From: Snowella sp.
Lineage (GTDB): Bacteria; Cyanobacteriota; Cyanobacteriia; Cyanobacteriales; Microcystaceae
DNA length: 23,049 nucleotides
Assembly (NCBI GenBank): GCA_035285545.1
Contig: JAYKGY010000133.1
Coordinates: 1-23,049 of the forward strand
Direction: 5' to 3'
Shown here in pieces: positions 7,310 to 17,067 of the stretch; the first letter of the stretch is position 1; the number at the start of each line of letters is the position of its first letter. The notes under the pieces were generated by a model that was not told where the DNA came from, did no database searches, and saw only the letters and a list, made by a program, of their open reading frames with translations. A program made the position numbers and the translations under genes.

Positions 7310-8353
7310 ATGCCTTATTACAAAAAATCTTCTTTTACGTTAGCCCTATTAGCGGCTCTTGCAATTGCACCAAACATTTTGACCGGTGAACCGGCTCTCA
7401 AATCGGCTGTGGCCCAGTCAAACTCTATGACAAGCACCGATTCATCAACTCCGACGACTTCTGCGGCTCCTACAACGCCAACGAATTCTTTTCCGATGTG
7501 GATCGTTTTATTAGGTATTCCTGTTGTCGGTTTAGCGGGCTGGGCAATGACAAGGGGCAAATCTGATCCAGGGATTGGAGAGGCGACGAATACCGCCAAA
7601 GATGCCATTCAATCTACAGGAGAAACCCTGGGCAATTCGGTCAGTAACCTAACGGAAAGCGTCACGGGGGCTAGCGGCAGTCTGTTAGATTCTGCGACTA
7701 ACTTAGTCGGTGATGTCGTTAATAAAGCTCAAGATGCCGTTTCTAGCGGAACAGAAGCTGGTGGTAATCTGTTGGACTCTGCCACTAACTTGGTCGGTGA
7801 TGTGGTCAATAAAGCTCAGGATGCCGTTACAGGTGGTATCGATGCAGCCCAATCGGCTAGTGAAAATCTAGGAGAAACCGCTAGCAATCTCGCCGGAGAA
7901 GGCACTCAAGCAGGGAGTAATCTCTTGGACTCAGCCACAGGTTTGGTCGGCGATCTGTTCAATAAAGGACAAGATGCTGTTTCTGGCGGTATTGATGCCG
8001 TTCAATCGGCTGGCACCCATTTAGGAGAGACTGCGACAACGTTAGTGGAAGACGGTACTCAAGCAGGAAGCAATCTGTTTGAATCCGCTACGGGTTTAGT
8101 CGGTGATCTTTTAAATCAAGGTAAAGACACGGCTGCATCCACTAGTGAAGGAATAACCGAAACAGCCTCTCATTTTATTGAAGAAACGACCCAAAAAGGT
8201 GAAAATCTGGTGGGATCAACCACCAATATTGTGGAAGATTGGGTTAATCAAGGAAAAGAAGCTGTTTCTGGGGGAATAGATGCTATTCAATCGGTTAGTG
8301 AATCAGCCCAGAGTCCGGAGAATAACCCTTTTGAACAGACTCCTGAGTCATAA
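7310..8353 (+). CDS. Membrane protein with signal-like N-terminus, TM helix and acidic Ala/Gly/Ser/Thr-rich amphipathic repeats
   Basis: MPYYKKSSFTLALLAALAIAP, an S/T/P linker, TM WIVLLGIPVVGLAGWAM, then five NLLDSATxLVGDxxNKxQDAV-like units. Start 7310 preferred over 7238. Confidence 0.8.
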   Translation: MPYYKKSSFTLALLAALAIAPNILTGEPALKSAVAQSNSMTSTDSSTPTTSAAPTTPTNSFPMWIVLLGIPVVGLAGWAMTRGKSDPGIGEATNTAKDAIQSTGETLGNSVSNLTESVTGASGSLLDSATNLVGDVVNKAQDAVSSGTEAGGNLLDSATNLVGDVVNKAQDAVTGGIDAAQSASENLGETASNLAGEGTQAGSNLLDSATGLVGDLFNKGQDAVSGGIDAVQSAGTHLGETATTLVEDGTQAGSNLFESATGLVGDLLNQGKDTAASTSEGITETASHFIEETTQKGENLVGSTTNIVEDWVNQGKEAVSGGIDAIQSVSESAQSPENNPFEQTPES

Positions 8354-8393
8354 ATTTTGATAGGGGTTTTCTGAAAATTATTTGAAATTCATC

Positions 8394-8432
8394 AAAAAAT
8401 AGGGGCGAACACGTTGAGTCTCCCCCTTTTTT
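8394..8432. terminator. Probable bidirectional terminator between convergent genes
   Basis: A6 run, AGGGG..GA / TC.CCCCT imperfect stem, T6 run. Confidence 0.55.
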
Positions 8433-8452
8433 ATGATTAAATTTTGACAAGT

Positions 8453-9076
8453 TTAAACGGATTTAACCGAGGAAGCCGCTTCGGTTGCTTCAGGGATAAA
8501 GGGAATTTTTCTGACTCGAAACCCAGGGACGGTAAAGGATGGGGGAATTTGTTCGACGGTCAGGGGTTCAACGGTATTAAAAACTTCTTGTTTGGTAAGT
8601 AACACGCCCACAACACTGATAGGAACTTGCGTAAAAAGATTGGCCACCAGAAACGCGATCGCGGCAATGATTAACCCTAAAACTCGGATCTGGGGAAAAG
8701 GGGTAACCGATAACGCAGCAACCGGGGCGAATAGATAAATCCCCCACAATACAGCAAACATTAATAAAGCCGTCAATAAGGCAAAAATACGCTGCTTTGG
8801 TGTTTTAAACAGCCTTAAAATCTTTCGTTGTTCGGTCGTTAACACCTCTGGACGCAGGGAAATAATCAATAAACTAAAAATTTCAAAGGGACGGCTCCAC
8901 TGCATGATCAAAATGGGAATGATGGCAGCGATCGCTAAAATAGCTAACTCTAACCCATAGGGGGTGATGGGATCACCGATTGCAAGGGCGAGCCATGTCA
9001 CCAAAAGAGCCAACGGAGCCACCGCAATTCCTGCTAAATGAATCCAAAGAAACGGTTCCGAACGAAATGAGGGCAT
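8453..9076 (-). CDS. Conserved cyanobacterial 4-TM membrane protein ('low-complexity tail membrane protein' family)
   Basis: SEPFLWIHLAG, MQW.RPF.IFS and ANLF.Q.P.SV motifs; four hydrophobic segments. Confidence 0.8.
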   Translation of the reverse strand: MPSFRSEPFLWIHLAGIAVAPLALLVTWLALAIGDPITPYGLELAILAIAAIIPILIMQWSRPFEIFSLLIISLRPEVLTTEQRKILRLFKTPKQRIFALLTALLMFAVLWGIYLFAPVAALSVTPFPQIRVLGLIIAAIAFLVANLFTQVPISVVGVLLTKQEVFNTVEPLTVEQIPPSFTVPGFRVRKIPFIPEATEAASSVKSV

Positions 9077-9132
9077 AATCAGTGAATTTTCCTAATAGCA
9101 ACGACACTCGCTAGTATGCAGATACAATGACA

Positions 9133-9696
9133 CTACCAGCCTTCTTCTAGAATACAGTTTTGTTCCTGCAATTGAGTTTGAATTTGTGAATACCAATGAT
9201 TTGATTTTTCTAAAAAACTCGGTTTAGCGAGATCACTGCGCCAGAGAATTAAGGCATCTTCTCCCGTTTTTTGATAATATTTTTTACGTCTTCCTGCTAC
9301 TTTAAAACCAAATTTTTTATATAAAGTAATCGCTTTACTATTAGATACTTTTACTTCTAAGGTTGCTCGTTCTAATTGTTGTTTAACCGCCGCTTTTAAG
9401 AGGGTATACAGTAATAGATTTCCAAAACCTTTACCTCGGTATTCAGGATGTACCATCAGTAAGGTAATGTGAGCCTCTTCTAAAATACTCCAAAAACAGC
9501 CAAAACCGACTAAAATTTCTGGACTTTGCGGATCGAATTTAAAGGTTAACTGAAAAATACCTGTTTTCGGATTGTCTAATTCCCGTTGATATCCCTCAAT
9601 TGTCCAGATTCCTCCTAAACAAAGCTGATCCAGTTCCACAATAGCGGGCAATTCTTCAGGAAGGGGACGGGTTAATTTTAATAGGGTCTCTGACAT
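9133..9696 (-). CDS. rimI: RimI-like GNAT N-acetyltransferase
   Basis: EEAHIT.L.VHPEYRGKGFG, ATLEV..SN..AI.LY.KFGF..AGRR..YY..TGEDA. ATG at 9696 preferred over 9789. Confidence 0.9.
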   Translation of the reverse strand: MSETLLKLTRPLPEELPAIVELDQLCLGGIWTIEGYQRELDNPKTGIFQLTFKFDPQSPEILVGFGCFWSILEEAHITLLMVHPEYRGKGFGNLLLYTLLKAAVKQQLERATLEVKVSNSKAITLYKKFGFKVAGRRKKYYQKTGEDALILWRSDLAKPSFLEKSNHWYSQIQTQLQEQNCILEEGW

Positions 9697-9892
9697 AAAC
9701 TGAATCTTGATAAATAGAGCAATAAATAAAATATCAAAAGAATTTAACAGTGTTAAATCCCTACGGAGAAATAATTCATGTGGGGACATAATACTATTAT
9801 TTCCTGAGTTTTAGAACTTGTTTTCTTGTAATTAAATTAGCTTACTTAATATAAGCTTTTACAAGGCTGAAATCATCCTAAAAAATACTTGT

Positions 9893-11587
9893 TTATTTAG
9901 TAACAATATTATTTACCCTTTCTTGAATAGCCAATTTAATTAAGGAGCGTAATAAAAACAAACTAAATAGCCCTGCCAAGCCAAATCCAATTAGGGCAAA
10001 TTTATAATAAACGGTTGTCAACAAAATAGATGCTGAAAGCAACAAGAAACCCGTTAGACAAGCATAAATTAAACTTTTAATGCCTAAATGGATATTTTTT
10101 AACAGGCGATCGCTTTCGAGGGAACGAATACGGAGTTGCAAGTCTCCCCGCTCAATTTTATCTTCTAATTCCTGAAATAACTTTTCGGTTCGATTCGGTC
10201 TGGTTAAGCTTTGAAAAATAACGGTCGGTACCTGTTTTACCAGCGATCGCCAGGAGCTTCCTTGAGTTTTATCCACCGCGACACTTTCAATAAAGGGTTG
10301 ACTAGCAGCAATCAAATTATACTGAGGATCGAGAGCGCGAGCAATGCCGTCTAAGGTCATGATCGATTTTAAAATAAAGGTCATTTGGGGCGGTAAACGG
10401 AAAGGTTGCTGTTGAAACATCACATAAACTTCATCACTAATCTGTTCAAAGGCTCTGACATCAACGGGCTTTTCTCGAAAATTATCTAATAAAAAAATGA
10501 CAATCCGTTTAACCGATCGCAGATCACCTTGGGGTTCCACTAATCCCATATAAGCCAGCGTTTCTAAAATTTTATCGGCATCTTTTCGGAGAATGGCAAA
10601 AAAAGTTTGAATCATTTGATCTTTGGCAATGGTTTTTACTTCCGCCATCGTGCCAAAATCATAGAAAATCAAGTCTCCCTGGGCATTGACTGCCATATTG
10701 CCAGGGTGCGGGTCAGATTGAAAAAAACCATCTAATAATAATTGTTTAAGATAGGAACAAATCCCCGTTTCAATAACCTTATCTAGGTTAATTCCTTGGG
10801 CCGCTAAGCTGGCCCGATCATCGACTTTAATCCCTGGTAAATATTCTAAGGTTAATATTTTTCGAGTGGTGTAATTCCAGTAAACCGAAGGGACTTTAAC
10901 ACGGGGATAATTGGCAAAATTTTGACGAAATCGATCCGCATTTTTGCCTTCATGGATATAATCAATTTCCTGAAACAATAAGGTAAAAAACTCTTGATAA
11001 ATAGCTTCGATTTCGTATTTTTGGGTGATTTTTTTAAACCCTGGTAGCCAGCGTTTTCCCGATCGCATTAATTGATGTAGGACTTCAAAATCTAAATTCA
11101 GTAACTTTTCTAGGTCAGGACGTTGAACTTTGACAACGACTTTTTCTCCGGTGGGTAAAATGGCGCGATGGACTTGCCCTAAACTGGCTGAGGCGAGGGG
11201 AATGGGGTCAAAGGATTGAAAGAGTTGATCAAGGGGGTGATTTAATTCCTGTTCAATAACCGCGATCGCCTCTTGGGAAGAAAAAGCCGGCACTCGGTCT
11301 TGAAGTTGGCTCAAAGCCTGAATATATTCCGGTGGAATCAGATCGGCACGGGTCGAAAGGGACTGACCAATTTTAATAAAGGTGGGGCCGAGCATTAACA
11401 GTTGGTGAACTAACCAATTAGCCCGCCGTTGACGTTGAGCCGTGGTGTGATGACGGGTGAATTGATCCCAAAGAATAAAGGACAAAAATTGAACAGCGAC
11501 CTTAAAAATTTCGAGCTGTCGTTGGAAGGGTGAATAATGAGCGCGTTGCCAGGATAATGAAAGGGGAGGACTTTGCTCAATCAACAT
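9893..11587 (-). CDS. ABC1/AarF/UbiB-family atypical protein kinase
   Basis: LGPTFIKIGQ.LSTR.D, ASASLGQVH.A, VVVKVQRP, FFQSDPHPGN, DFG; two C-terminal TMs. Confidence 0.95.
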   Translation of the reverse strand: MLIEQSPPLSLSWQRAHYSPFQRQLEIFKVAVQFLSFILWDQFTRHHTTAQRQRRANWLVHQLLMLGPTFIKIGQSLSTRADLIPPEYIQALSQLQDRVPAFSSQEAIAVIEQELNHPLDQLFQSFDPIPLASASLGQVHRAILPTGEKVVVKVQRPDLEKLLNLDFEVLHQLMRSGKRWLPGFKKITQKYEIEAIYQEFFTLLFQEIDYIHEGKNADRFRQNFANYPRVKVPSVYWNYTTRKILTLEYLPGIKVDDRASLAAQGINLDKVIETGICSYLKQLLLDGFFQSDPHPGNMAVNAQGDLIFYDFGTMAEVKTIAKDQMIQTFFAILRKDADKILETLAYMGLVEPQGDLRSVKRIVIFLLDNFREKPVDVRAFEQISDEVYVMFQQQPFRLPPQMTFILKSIMTLDGIARALDPQYNLIAASQPFIESVAVDKTQGSSWRSLVKQVPTVIFQSLTRPNRTEKLFQELEDKIERGDLQLRIRSLESDRLLKNIHLGIKSLIYACLTGFLLLSASILLTTVYYKFALIGFGLAGLFSLFLLRSLIKLAIQERVNNIVTK

Positions 11588-11605
11588 GGATCAGGGACGG
11601 TTGAT

Positions 11606-12991
11606 TCACCATTGCCCCAGGGGAAAGGTCAGGGTAAAGGTAATTAAACAGGCATTGGGAACCTCAATGGGTTCACAAGTTACCTGTATCCTACCATTAA
11701 GCTGTTCTACCAGTTCTTGGGTGATGGTTAACCCTAGCCCAATGCCCGCGATCGCCGAATCAATGACCCACTGTTCCCGATAAAACGGATCAAAGAAATA
11801 GCGGGTATTTTTAAGCTCAATTGCGGTTGTAATATTACTTAATTCCAAAACTAATTCATTGACTGAATCCGTTGACATTTGAGTCATCGATAGGCCAACC
11901 GTTGTATTTTTGATTGAAAACTTTTGGGCATTGTTCAACAACTCGTCACAAATCCGTTGCAAATAGGCAACATCGGAATAAAGGATTAGCGGCTTTTTAG
12001 GAATCGTCGCCTTCAACGTTAGTCTATCTGGGTTATCCGACCATTTACATCGATAATCTTTAGCTAATTGCGTCATAAATTGGGTAACATTGACATCTTT
12101 GGGCTGAAGATTAACCTGATTAAACTTTAAAGTTCTTAATTGCAGAATTTGTTCATTAATTTCGTTTAATTTATGCCATTCTCTCTCAATGACATCTAAT
12201 CGATGGTTTAAGCTCTCAGGGGATGGTGGGGCTTTACGGAGCATTTCAATTCCCATACGGATAATGGCCAACGGATTGCGGGTCTGGTCACTCATAATGG
12301 TGACGATATTATGAATCAGTTGATCATTCCATTGCCGTTGTTGCTCTAGCTTTTGGCGAGTCGCTTCGTACCAGGCTTTAATAATCGGGTTTTCTTCTGT
12401 GGCCAAGGCTCTTGGTATACCCCCACTGTTTTTCGTCAGTTCCTTAGGGCTGCTGACTTCCCGTTGACTGGTTTGTAATAAATGGTTGGCGATCGCGACA
12501 GTATCCACGATTTCTCTTAATTGAACTTCGTCATCCGACGAGTAACTCTTGAGTTGGGAAGAACCAATGATAACCATGCCATTCACCTGCCCTTGAAATA
12601 CAGTACGTAACCCTAAGCCTGAACGGAGCGCGATCGCTTTTGTCAGTTGAATTTTGCTGGCTGTCCCATTCGTTTTGTGGCGACTCAATAAAACAGGATG
12701 ATGGTGGGATTGAATCGCTTGTAACCAAGAATGTTCCAAAATACGAGCGGTGGTTCCTAGCAATATCGTTTGGGTCGGTGTCCAAACTACTCCCTGAAAA
12801 GCCGTTTCCCCCGGATTCCCGACCAGTAAAACACAGATTTCTGTTTCTAAAGCCGTACCAATCACCCCTGCAATTTCTGGGAGTAAACGCTGGGACTCCG
12901 TACAATGACCAATTAAATGAATCAGACGTTGTCCTAATAACATCGGAAAAGAGGGCAGGGGAAATAAAAAACGGGTAGGAGCAGAAACCAT
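11606..12991 (-). CDS. GAF-like domain + histidine-kinase-fold protein lacking the H-box His
   Basis: H-box reads MSDQTRNPL instead of SHELRTPL. N box ELLNNAQKFS, F box FFDPFYR and G2 GIGLGL are present; N-terminal GAF-like region. Confidence 0.85.
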   Translation of the reverse strand: MVSAPTRFLFPLPSFPMLLGQRLIHLIGHCTESQRLLPEIAGVIGTALETEICVLLVGNPGETAFQGVVWTPTQTILLGTTARILEHSWLQAIQSHHHPVLLSRHKTNGTASKIQLTKAIALRSGLGLRTVFQGQVNGMVIIGSSQLKSYSSDDEVQLREIVDTVAIANHLLQTSQREVSSPKELTKNSGGIPRALATEENPIIKAWYEATRQKLEQQRQWNDQLIHNIVTIMSDQTRNPLAIIRMGIEMLRKAPPSPESLNHRLDVIEREWHKLNEINEQILQLRTLKFNQVNLQPKDVNVTQFMTQLAKDYRCKWSDNPDRLTLKATIPKKPLILYSDVAYLQRICDELLNNAQKFSIKNTTVGLSMTQMSTDSVNELVLELSNITTAIELKNTRYFFDPFYREQWVIDSAIAGIGLGLTITQELVEQLNGRIQVTCEPIEVPNACLITFTLTFPLGQW

Positions 12992-13155
12992 AGAGAACCC
13001 AAGAAAATCAACATAAAGACTGATGGAATATTTAGATTCTGCAAGTATGGGAGGCAGAAAATCTAAAAAAGTCAGTAAATGTCACTACATTCTCTTTAAA
13101 TAATGAACTTTTTCTCTCTAGATCCTCAAGGGAAAAAATACTGAAATTGGTAAAG

Positions 13156-13173
13156 TTTACAAATCTTTACCTA
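13156..13173. promoter_or_regulatory. Possible HLR1 (RpaB-binding) direct repeat
   Basis: TTTACAAA-TC-TTTACCTA fits KTTACAWW-N2-KTTACAWW with one mismatch; ~165 bp upstream of the GAF kinase gene. Confidence 0.4.
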
Positions 13174-13208
13174 CTACGCAATTTAAACCCATCCCACAAA
13201 CCGATCCC

Positions 13209-14711
13209 CTAAAACCCCAAGTCAACCGCAATCCGATGGCCACAGGCAAATCCCGAAAAGGCCACCGCATTTAACCCCTGTCCTGGAAACGTACTATCTC
13301 CGACACAGTACAATCCTGAAATCGCAGTACGATTAAAGGGCATTCCCAACAATCCCGCTAATTTGCGCTGAGGAATGGGGCCGTATGTTCCGTCCTGACG
13401 ATTGAGAAAACGTCGATGGGTGCGAGGAGTCCCGATTTCCATATAATCCAACCCTGCATCTAAACCAGGAAAAATGGCTTCCAGTCGCTCAATTAAACGT
13501 CCTGCTGCGGCTTCTTTTTTCGTTTCATACTCACTCGGAGAAAGGTTTTGCCAAGTTTCGATCCAACTAGGGGTAAACGTATGGATGATGTGATGACCTT
13601 CGGGGGCAAGACTCGGATCAAGTAGGGTCGGAATCGAGACAAAAACCGTTCCCTGTTCCTTTTCCAAATCCTTCCAATTTTCTAACAAAATATGATGACA
13701 TTCGGTTCCTGGGGCTAAAACATTGGATTTAACGCCTAAATGCAGACTAAGAAAACTGGGAGATTTTTGATAGCGTTGTTGCCAGCGTTTTTCCGAATTG
13801 GGTAAGGCTTCCGAGGGCAATAATTTTTCAAAGGTATCCCAGCGAGTCGCATTCGAGACAATCCGTTTAGCATAAACTTTTTCCCCATTGACTAATTCCA
13901 CGCCAACGGCCCGCCCCTTTTCCAGCAAAATCTGTTTAACAGTGGCTTTATAGCGAATTTCACTGCCCGCTTTTTCTAACCCATCTGCTAACGTCTGAGC
14001 AATTTGACCCACGCCCCCTTTCGGATAATTAATTCCCCCGTAGTGGCGATCGCTGAAAACCATCCCTGCATTAATCATGGGAGTTAAATCTGCTGGAACC
14101 ACTGACCAGCAATAACACTCCATATCGATAAACTTGAGGAGTTCGGGGTCTTGAATATAGCGTCTAGCAATATCCCCAACATTTTGCGGTAAATACTTAA
14201 CCAATCCCAAACAGGCAAAGGGATGCTGGAAAAAAACGCGGGTTAAATAACGGGGTTCTTCTAGGGACAATAAGTCCATTGCATTGAGGCAATTAAATAC
14301 CTGCCAGCATTCATCATAAAAGCGACGAATCCCTGCTTTTTCTTGGGGGAAGCGATCCGTGAGTTCTTGCAAAAATTTCTCATAATCCCGATGCACTTTC
14401 AGGTCAAGCTGATGGGGGAGGTGATAATGAATCTGAACCGGATCGGGAATAGTTTCCAGTTTCATTCCTACGGCGGCCAACGCACGGGTGAGTAAATTGG
14501 TCGTTCCTTTTTCACCAAAACCAAAGATCATGGAAGCCCCGACATCAAAACGGTAGCCTTCTCGCTCAAAATAGCCCGAACTTCCCCCTGGAATCACATA
14601 GCTTTCTAAAACCAGAACTTTTGCCCCTTTTGCTGCCAGTTGGGTCGCCGTTACCAACCCACCAATGCCTGAGCCGATCACAATTACGTCGTAGTTTGGG
14701 GCCGTCATCAT
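13209..14711 (-). CDS. crtH: Carotenoid isomerase
   Basis: [14 protein letters not shown] motif, [42 protein letters not shown]. Start is one of the ATGs near 14711. Confidence 0.95.
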   Translation of the reverse strand: MMTAPNYDVIVIGSGIGGLVTATQLAAKGAKVLVLESYVIPGGSSGYFEREGYRFDVGASMIFGFGEKGTTNLLTRALAAVGMKLETIPDPVQIHYHLPHQLDLKVHRDYEKFLQELTDRFPQEKAGIRRFYDECWQVFNCLNAMDLLSLEEPRYLTRVFFQHPFACLGLVKYLPQNVGDIARRYIQDPELLKFIDMECYCWSVVPADLTPMINAGMVFSDRHYGGINYPKGGVGQIAQTLADGLEKAGSEIRYKATVKQILLEKGRAVGVELVNGEKVYAKRIVSNATRWDTFEKLLPSEALPNSEKRWQQRYQKSPSFLSLHLGVKSNVLAPGTECHHILLENWKDLEKEQGTVFVSIPTLLDPSLAPEGHHIIHTFTPSWIETWQNLSPSEYETKKEAAAGRLIERLEAIFPGLDAGLDYMEIGTPRTHRRFLNRQDGTYGPIPQRKLAGLLGMPFNRTAISGLYCVGDSTFPGQGLNAVAFSGFACGHRIAVDLGF

Positions 14712-14760
14712 TACCAAATCGTTGCTTTAATAAAGGTTTGCTAACCCTCTAGTTTAGGGC

Positions 14761-14832
14761 AAAAAAAGAGGGATGACTCGTGAATTTCATCGAGCAACCC
14801 CACCTACAGAATCCTTGAGAGAAGAACACTTT
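14761..14832 (-). ncRNA. isaR1: IsaR1-like iron-stress-activated small RNA (~70 nt)
   Basis: The - strand reads AAAGTGTTCTTCTCTCAAGGATTCTGTAGGTGGGGTTGCTCG...CGAGTCATCCCTCTTTTTTT. It has the IsaR1-type 5' AGTGTTC..CTC.AAGGAT seed region, a terminator hairpin and a U run. It lies directly upstream of crtH, as in Synechocystis PCC 6803. Confidence 0.88.
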
Positions 14833-14837
14833 CAGTC

Positions 14838-14867
14838 ACTATAAAGTTAGTTGAGAAAAAATGTCAA
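14838..14867 (-). promoter_or_regulatory. Sigma70-type promoter of isaR1
   Basis: TTGACA (14867-14862), 18-bp spacer, TATAGT (14843-14838); the sRNA begins ~6 nt downstream. Confidence 0.85.
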
Positions 14868-14890
14868 TAGCTTTTGAGAATATTTTTCAA
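14851..14890. promoter_or_regulatory. Two tandem Fur-type inverted repeats
   Basis: TTGAGAAAAAATGTCAA (14851-14867, covering the -35) and TTGAGAATATTTTTCAA (14874-14890); both are TTGA-N9-TCAA. Confidence 0.7.
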
Positions 14891-14963
14891 TTAATCCTAG
14901 TCCTACTGGGCCAGTCAAAAAACGTGTAAGGTAATAAAGAAGGGGTCAATTAGGCGCACAGCC

Positions 14964-16040
14964 ATGAACGCAAGCAGCGACATTATCATCATTGGGGGCG
15001 GGATCATCGGGTTAGCGATCGCCGTCGAATTACGACAACAGGGAGCCGAAGTAACCGTTCTCAGTCGCGATTTTGCTGAAGCTGCTAGTCACGCTGCTGC
15101 TGGCATGTTAGCCCCCCAGGCCGAACAGATCCCCCCTGGCCCCCTGCTGGATCTTTGTCTGCGATCGCGGAGTTTGTATCCCGATTGGGTGAGTAAACTG
15201 GAAGCCTTGACGGAATTAGACGTTAATCATCTGCCCTGCGGCATTTTATCCCCCGTTTTTGAATTACCGAGCTTATTAGTAAGTCATACTCCTAACGCTC
15301 ATTGGTTGAATCAAACTGAAATTCATCAATTCCAACCAGGATTAGGCTCAGAAGTTCTGGGCGGTTGGTGGTATCCTGACGACGGGCAAGTGGATAACCG
15401 CAGACTCGTTCACGCGCTACGACAAGCGGCTGAGATTTTAGGCATTACCATCCAAGAAGGGGTTACAGTTCAATCTTGGCGTGAAACTGCTGACCGTATT
15501 GACTATCTGCTTACTAATAAGGGAAAATACCGAGCCAATACCTACGTATTAACCCCAGGTTCCTGGGCAAAGGAATTAATGCCCCTACCCGTCCGTCCGA
15601 TTAAGGGGCAAATGTTAGCCTTACGGATGCCCAATCAAGATCCCTGTCGCCTAAAGCGAGTTCTCTTTGGCCCTAGCACCTATCTGGTTCCCCGCAAAGA
15701 GGGACGCTTAATTATCGGCGCGACCAGTGAAGAAGTCGGCTGGACTCCCCACAATACGCCCCAAGGTATTCAGACGCTTTTAGAACGGGCTATTAAGTTA
15801 TATCCTCCCCTGGCAGATTGGCCCATTGAAGACTTTTGGTGGGGATTTCGGCCCGGTACTCCCGATGAATGGCCATTTTTAGGAGCAAGTCCCTGGGATA
15901 ATTTAATGTTAGCGACGGGTCATTATCGCAATGGCATCTTACTGGCTCCTGTTACTGCGTCCCTGATTGCTGATCTCATCATTCATAAAACTACCGATCC
16001 CCTCTTAACTGCCTTTAGCCGCGATCGCGTTTTTTCCTAA
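14964..16040 (+). CDS. thiO: Glycine oxidase
   Basis: [56 protein letters not shown]; adjacent to thiG. Confidence 0.95.
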   Translation: MNASSDIIIIGGGIIGLAIAVELRQQGAEVTVLSRDFAEAASHAAAGMLAPQAEQIPPGPLLDLCLRSRSLYPDWVSKLEALTELDVNHLPCGILSPVFELPSLLVSHTPNAHWLNQTEIHQFQPGLGSEVLGGWWYPDDGQVDNRRLVHALRQAAEILGITIQEGVTVQSWRETADRIDYLLTNKGKYRANTYVLTPGSWAKELMPLPVRPIKGQMLALRMPNQDPCRLKRVLFGPSTYLVPRKEGRLIIGATSEEVGWTPHNTPQGIQTLLERAIKLYPPLADWPIEDFWWGFRPGTPDEWPFLGASPWDNLMLATGHYRNGILLAPVTASLIADLIIHKTTDPLLTAFSRDRVFS

Positions 16041-16074
16041 CCTCATCTCGATATCACGATCCTTATCAAATCCT

Positions 16075-16923
16075 ATGACGATTCTCAGTAGCCCTTCTGT
16101 TAGTTCCCCAAATTCTGATGTCAATGCGGGTAATCAGGATGATTTGATCATTGCGGGGCGTAAATTTCATTCCCGTTTACTAACCGGAACCGGCAAATAT
16201 CCCAGCATCGAAGTTATGCAGCAGAGTGTCGCTGCGAGTGGTTGCGAAATTATCACCGTTGCCGTCCGTCGGGTACAAACCAAAGCCTCTGGCCATGAAG
16301 GGTTAGCGGAAGCGATCGATTGGTCAAAAATTTGGATGTTACCCAACACCGCTGGCTGTCAAACCGCAGAAGAAGCCCTTCGGGTGGCCCGCTTAGGACG
16401 GGAAATGGCCAAACTGTTAGGCCAAGAAGATAACAACTTTATTAAGTTAGAAGTGATTCCCGATAGCAAATATTTGTTGCCCGATCCTGTTGGCACCTTA
16501 GAAGCCGCTGAGCAGTTGGTAAAAGAGGGGTTTGCCGTTCTGCCCTATATTAATGCCGATCCCCTGTTAGCGAAACGGTTAGAAGAAGTGGGCTGTGCCA
16601 CCGTGATGCCCTTGGGATCACCGATTGGATCGGGTCAAGGTATTCGGAATGCGGCCAATATTGGCATTATTATCGAAGAAGCGAAGGTTCCTGTGGTGGT
16701 TGATGCAGGCATTGGAACCCCTAGTGAAGCGGCTCAAGCAATGGAAATGGGGGCAGATGCCGTGTTAATTAATAGCGCGATCGCGTTAGCCAATGATCCC
16801 GTGGCAATGGCCCAAGCAATGGGAATGGCAACCATCGCAGGTCGTTTAGCCTACCAGTCGGGACGGATGCCGATTAAAGCCTATGCTAGTGCGAGTTCTC
16901 CCTTAACTGGCGTGATTAAGTGA
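16075..16923 (+). CDS. thiG: Thiazole synthase
   Basis: [49 protein letters not shown]. Confidence 0.97.
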   Translation: MTILSSPSVSSPNSDVNAGNQDDLIIAGRKFHSRLLTGTGKYPSIEVMQQSVAASGCEIITVAVRRVQTKASGHEGLAEAIDWSKIWMLPNTAGCQTAEEALRVARLGREMAKLLGQEDNNFIKLEVIPDSKYLLPDPVGTLEAAEQLVKEGFAVLPYINADPLLAKRLEEVGCATVMPLGSPIGSGQGIRNAANIGIIIEEAKVPVVVDAGIGTPSEAAQAMEMGADAVLINSAIALANDPVAMAQAMGMATIAGRLAYQSGRMPIKAYASASSPLTGVIK

Positions 16924-17067
16924 TCCCCAATTCAATCAAAAACATGGCATTGCGTTAATCCCTCCACCTACAATTTCTTTCTCTTGAAAAGTCAAGCTAG
17001 AAGATTTTCGCGAGAGTTAGATTGTCCCTTTTGTTCAATTTAACTGGGATCAGAGTCACGCGCTTGT

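Noticed and set aside
9825..9865. Nested imperfect inverted repeat upstream of rimI
   Set aside because: AT-rich with short arms; cannot be told from chance without conservation data.
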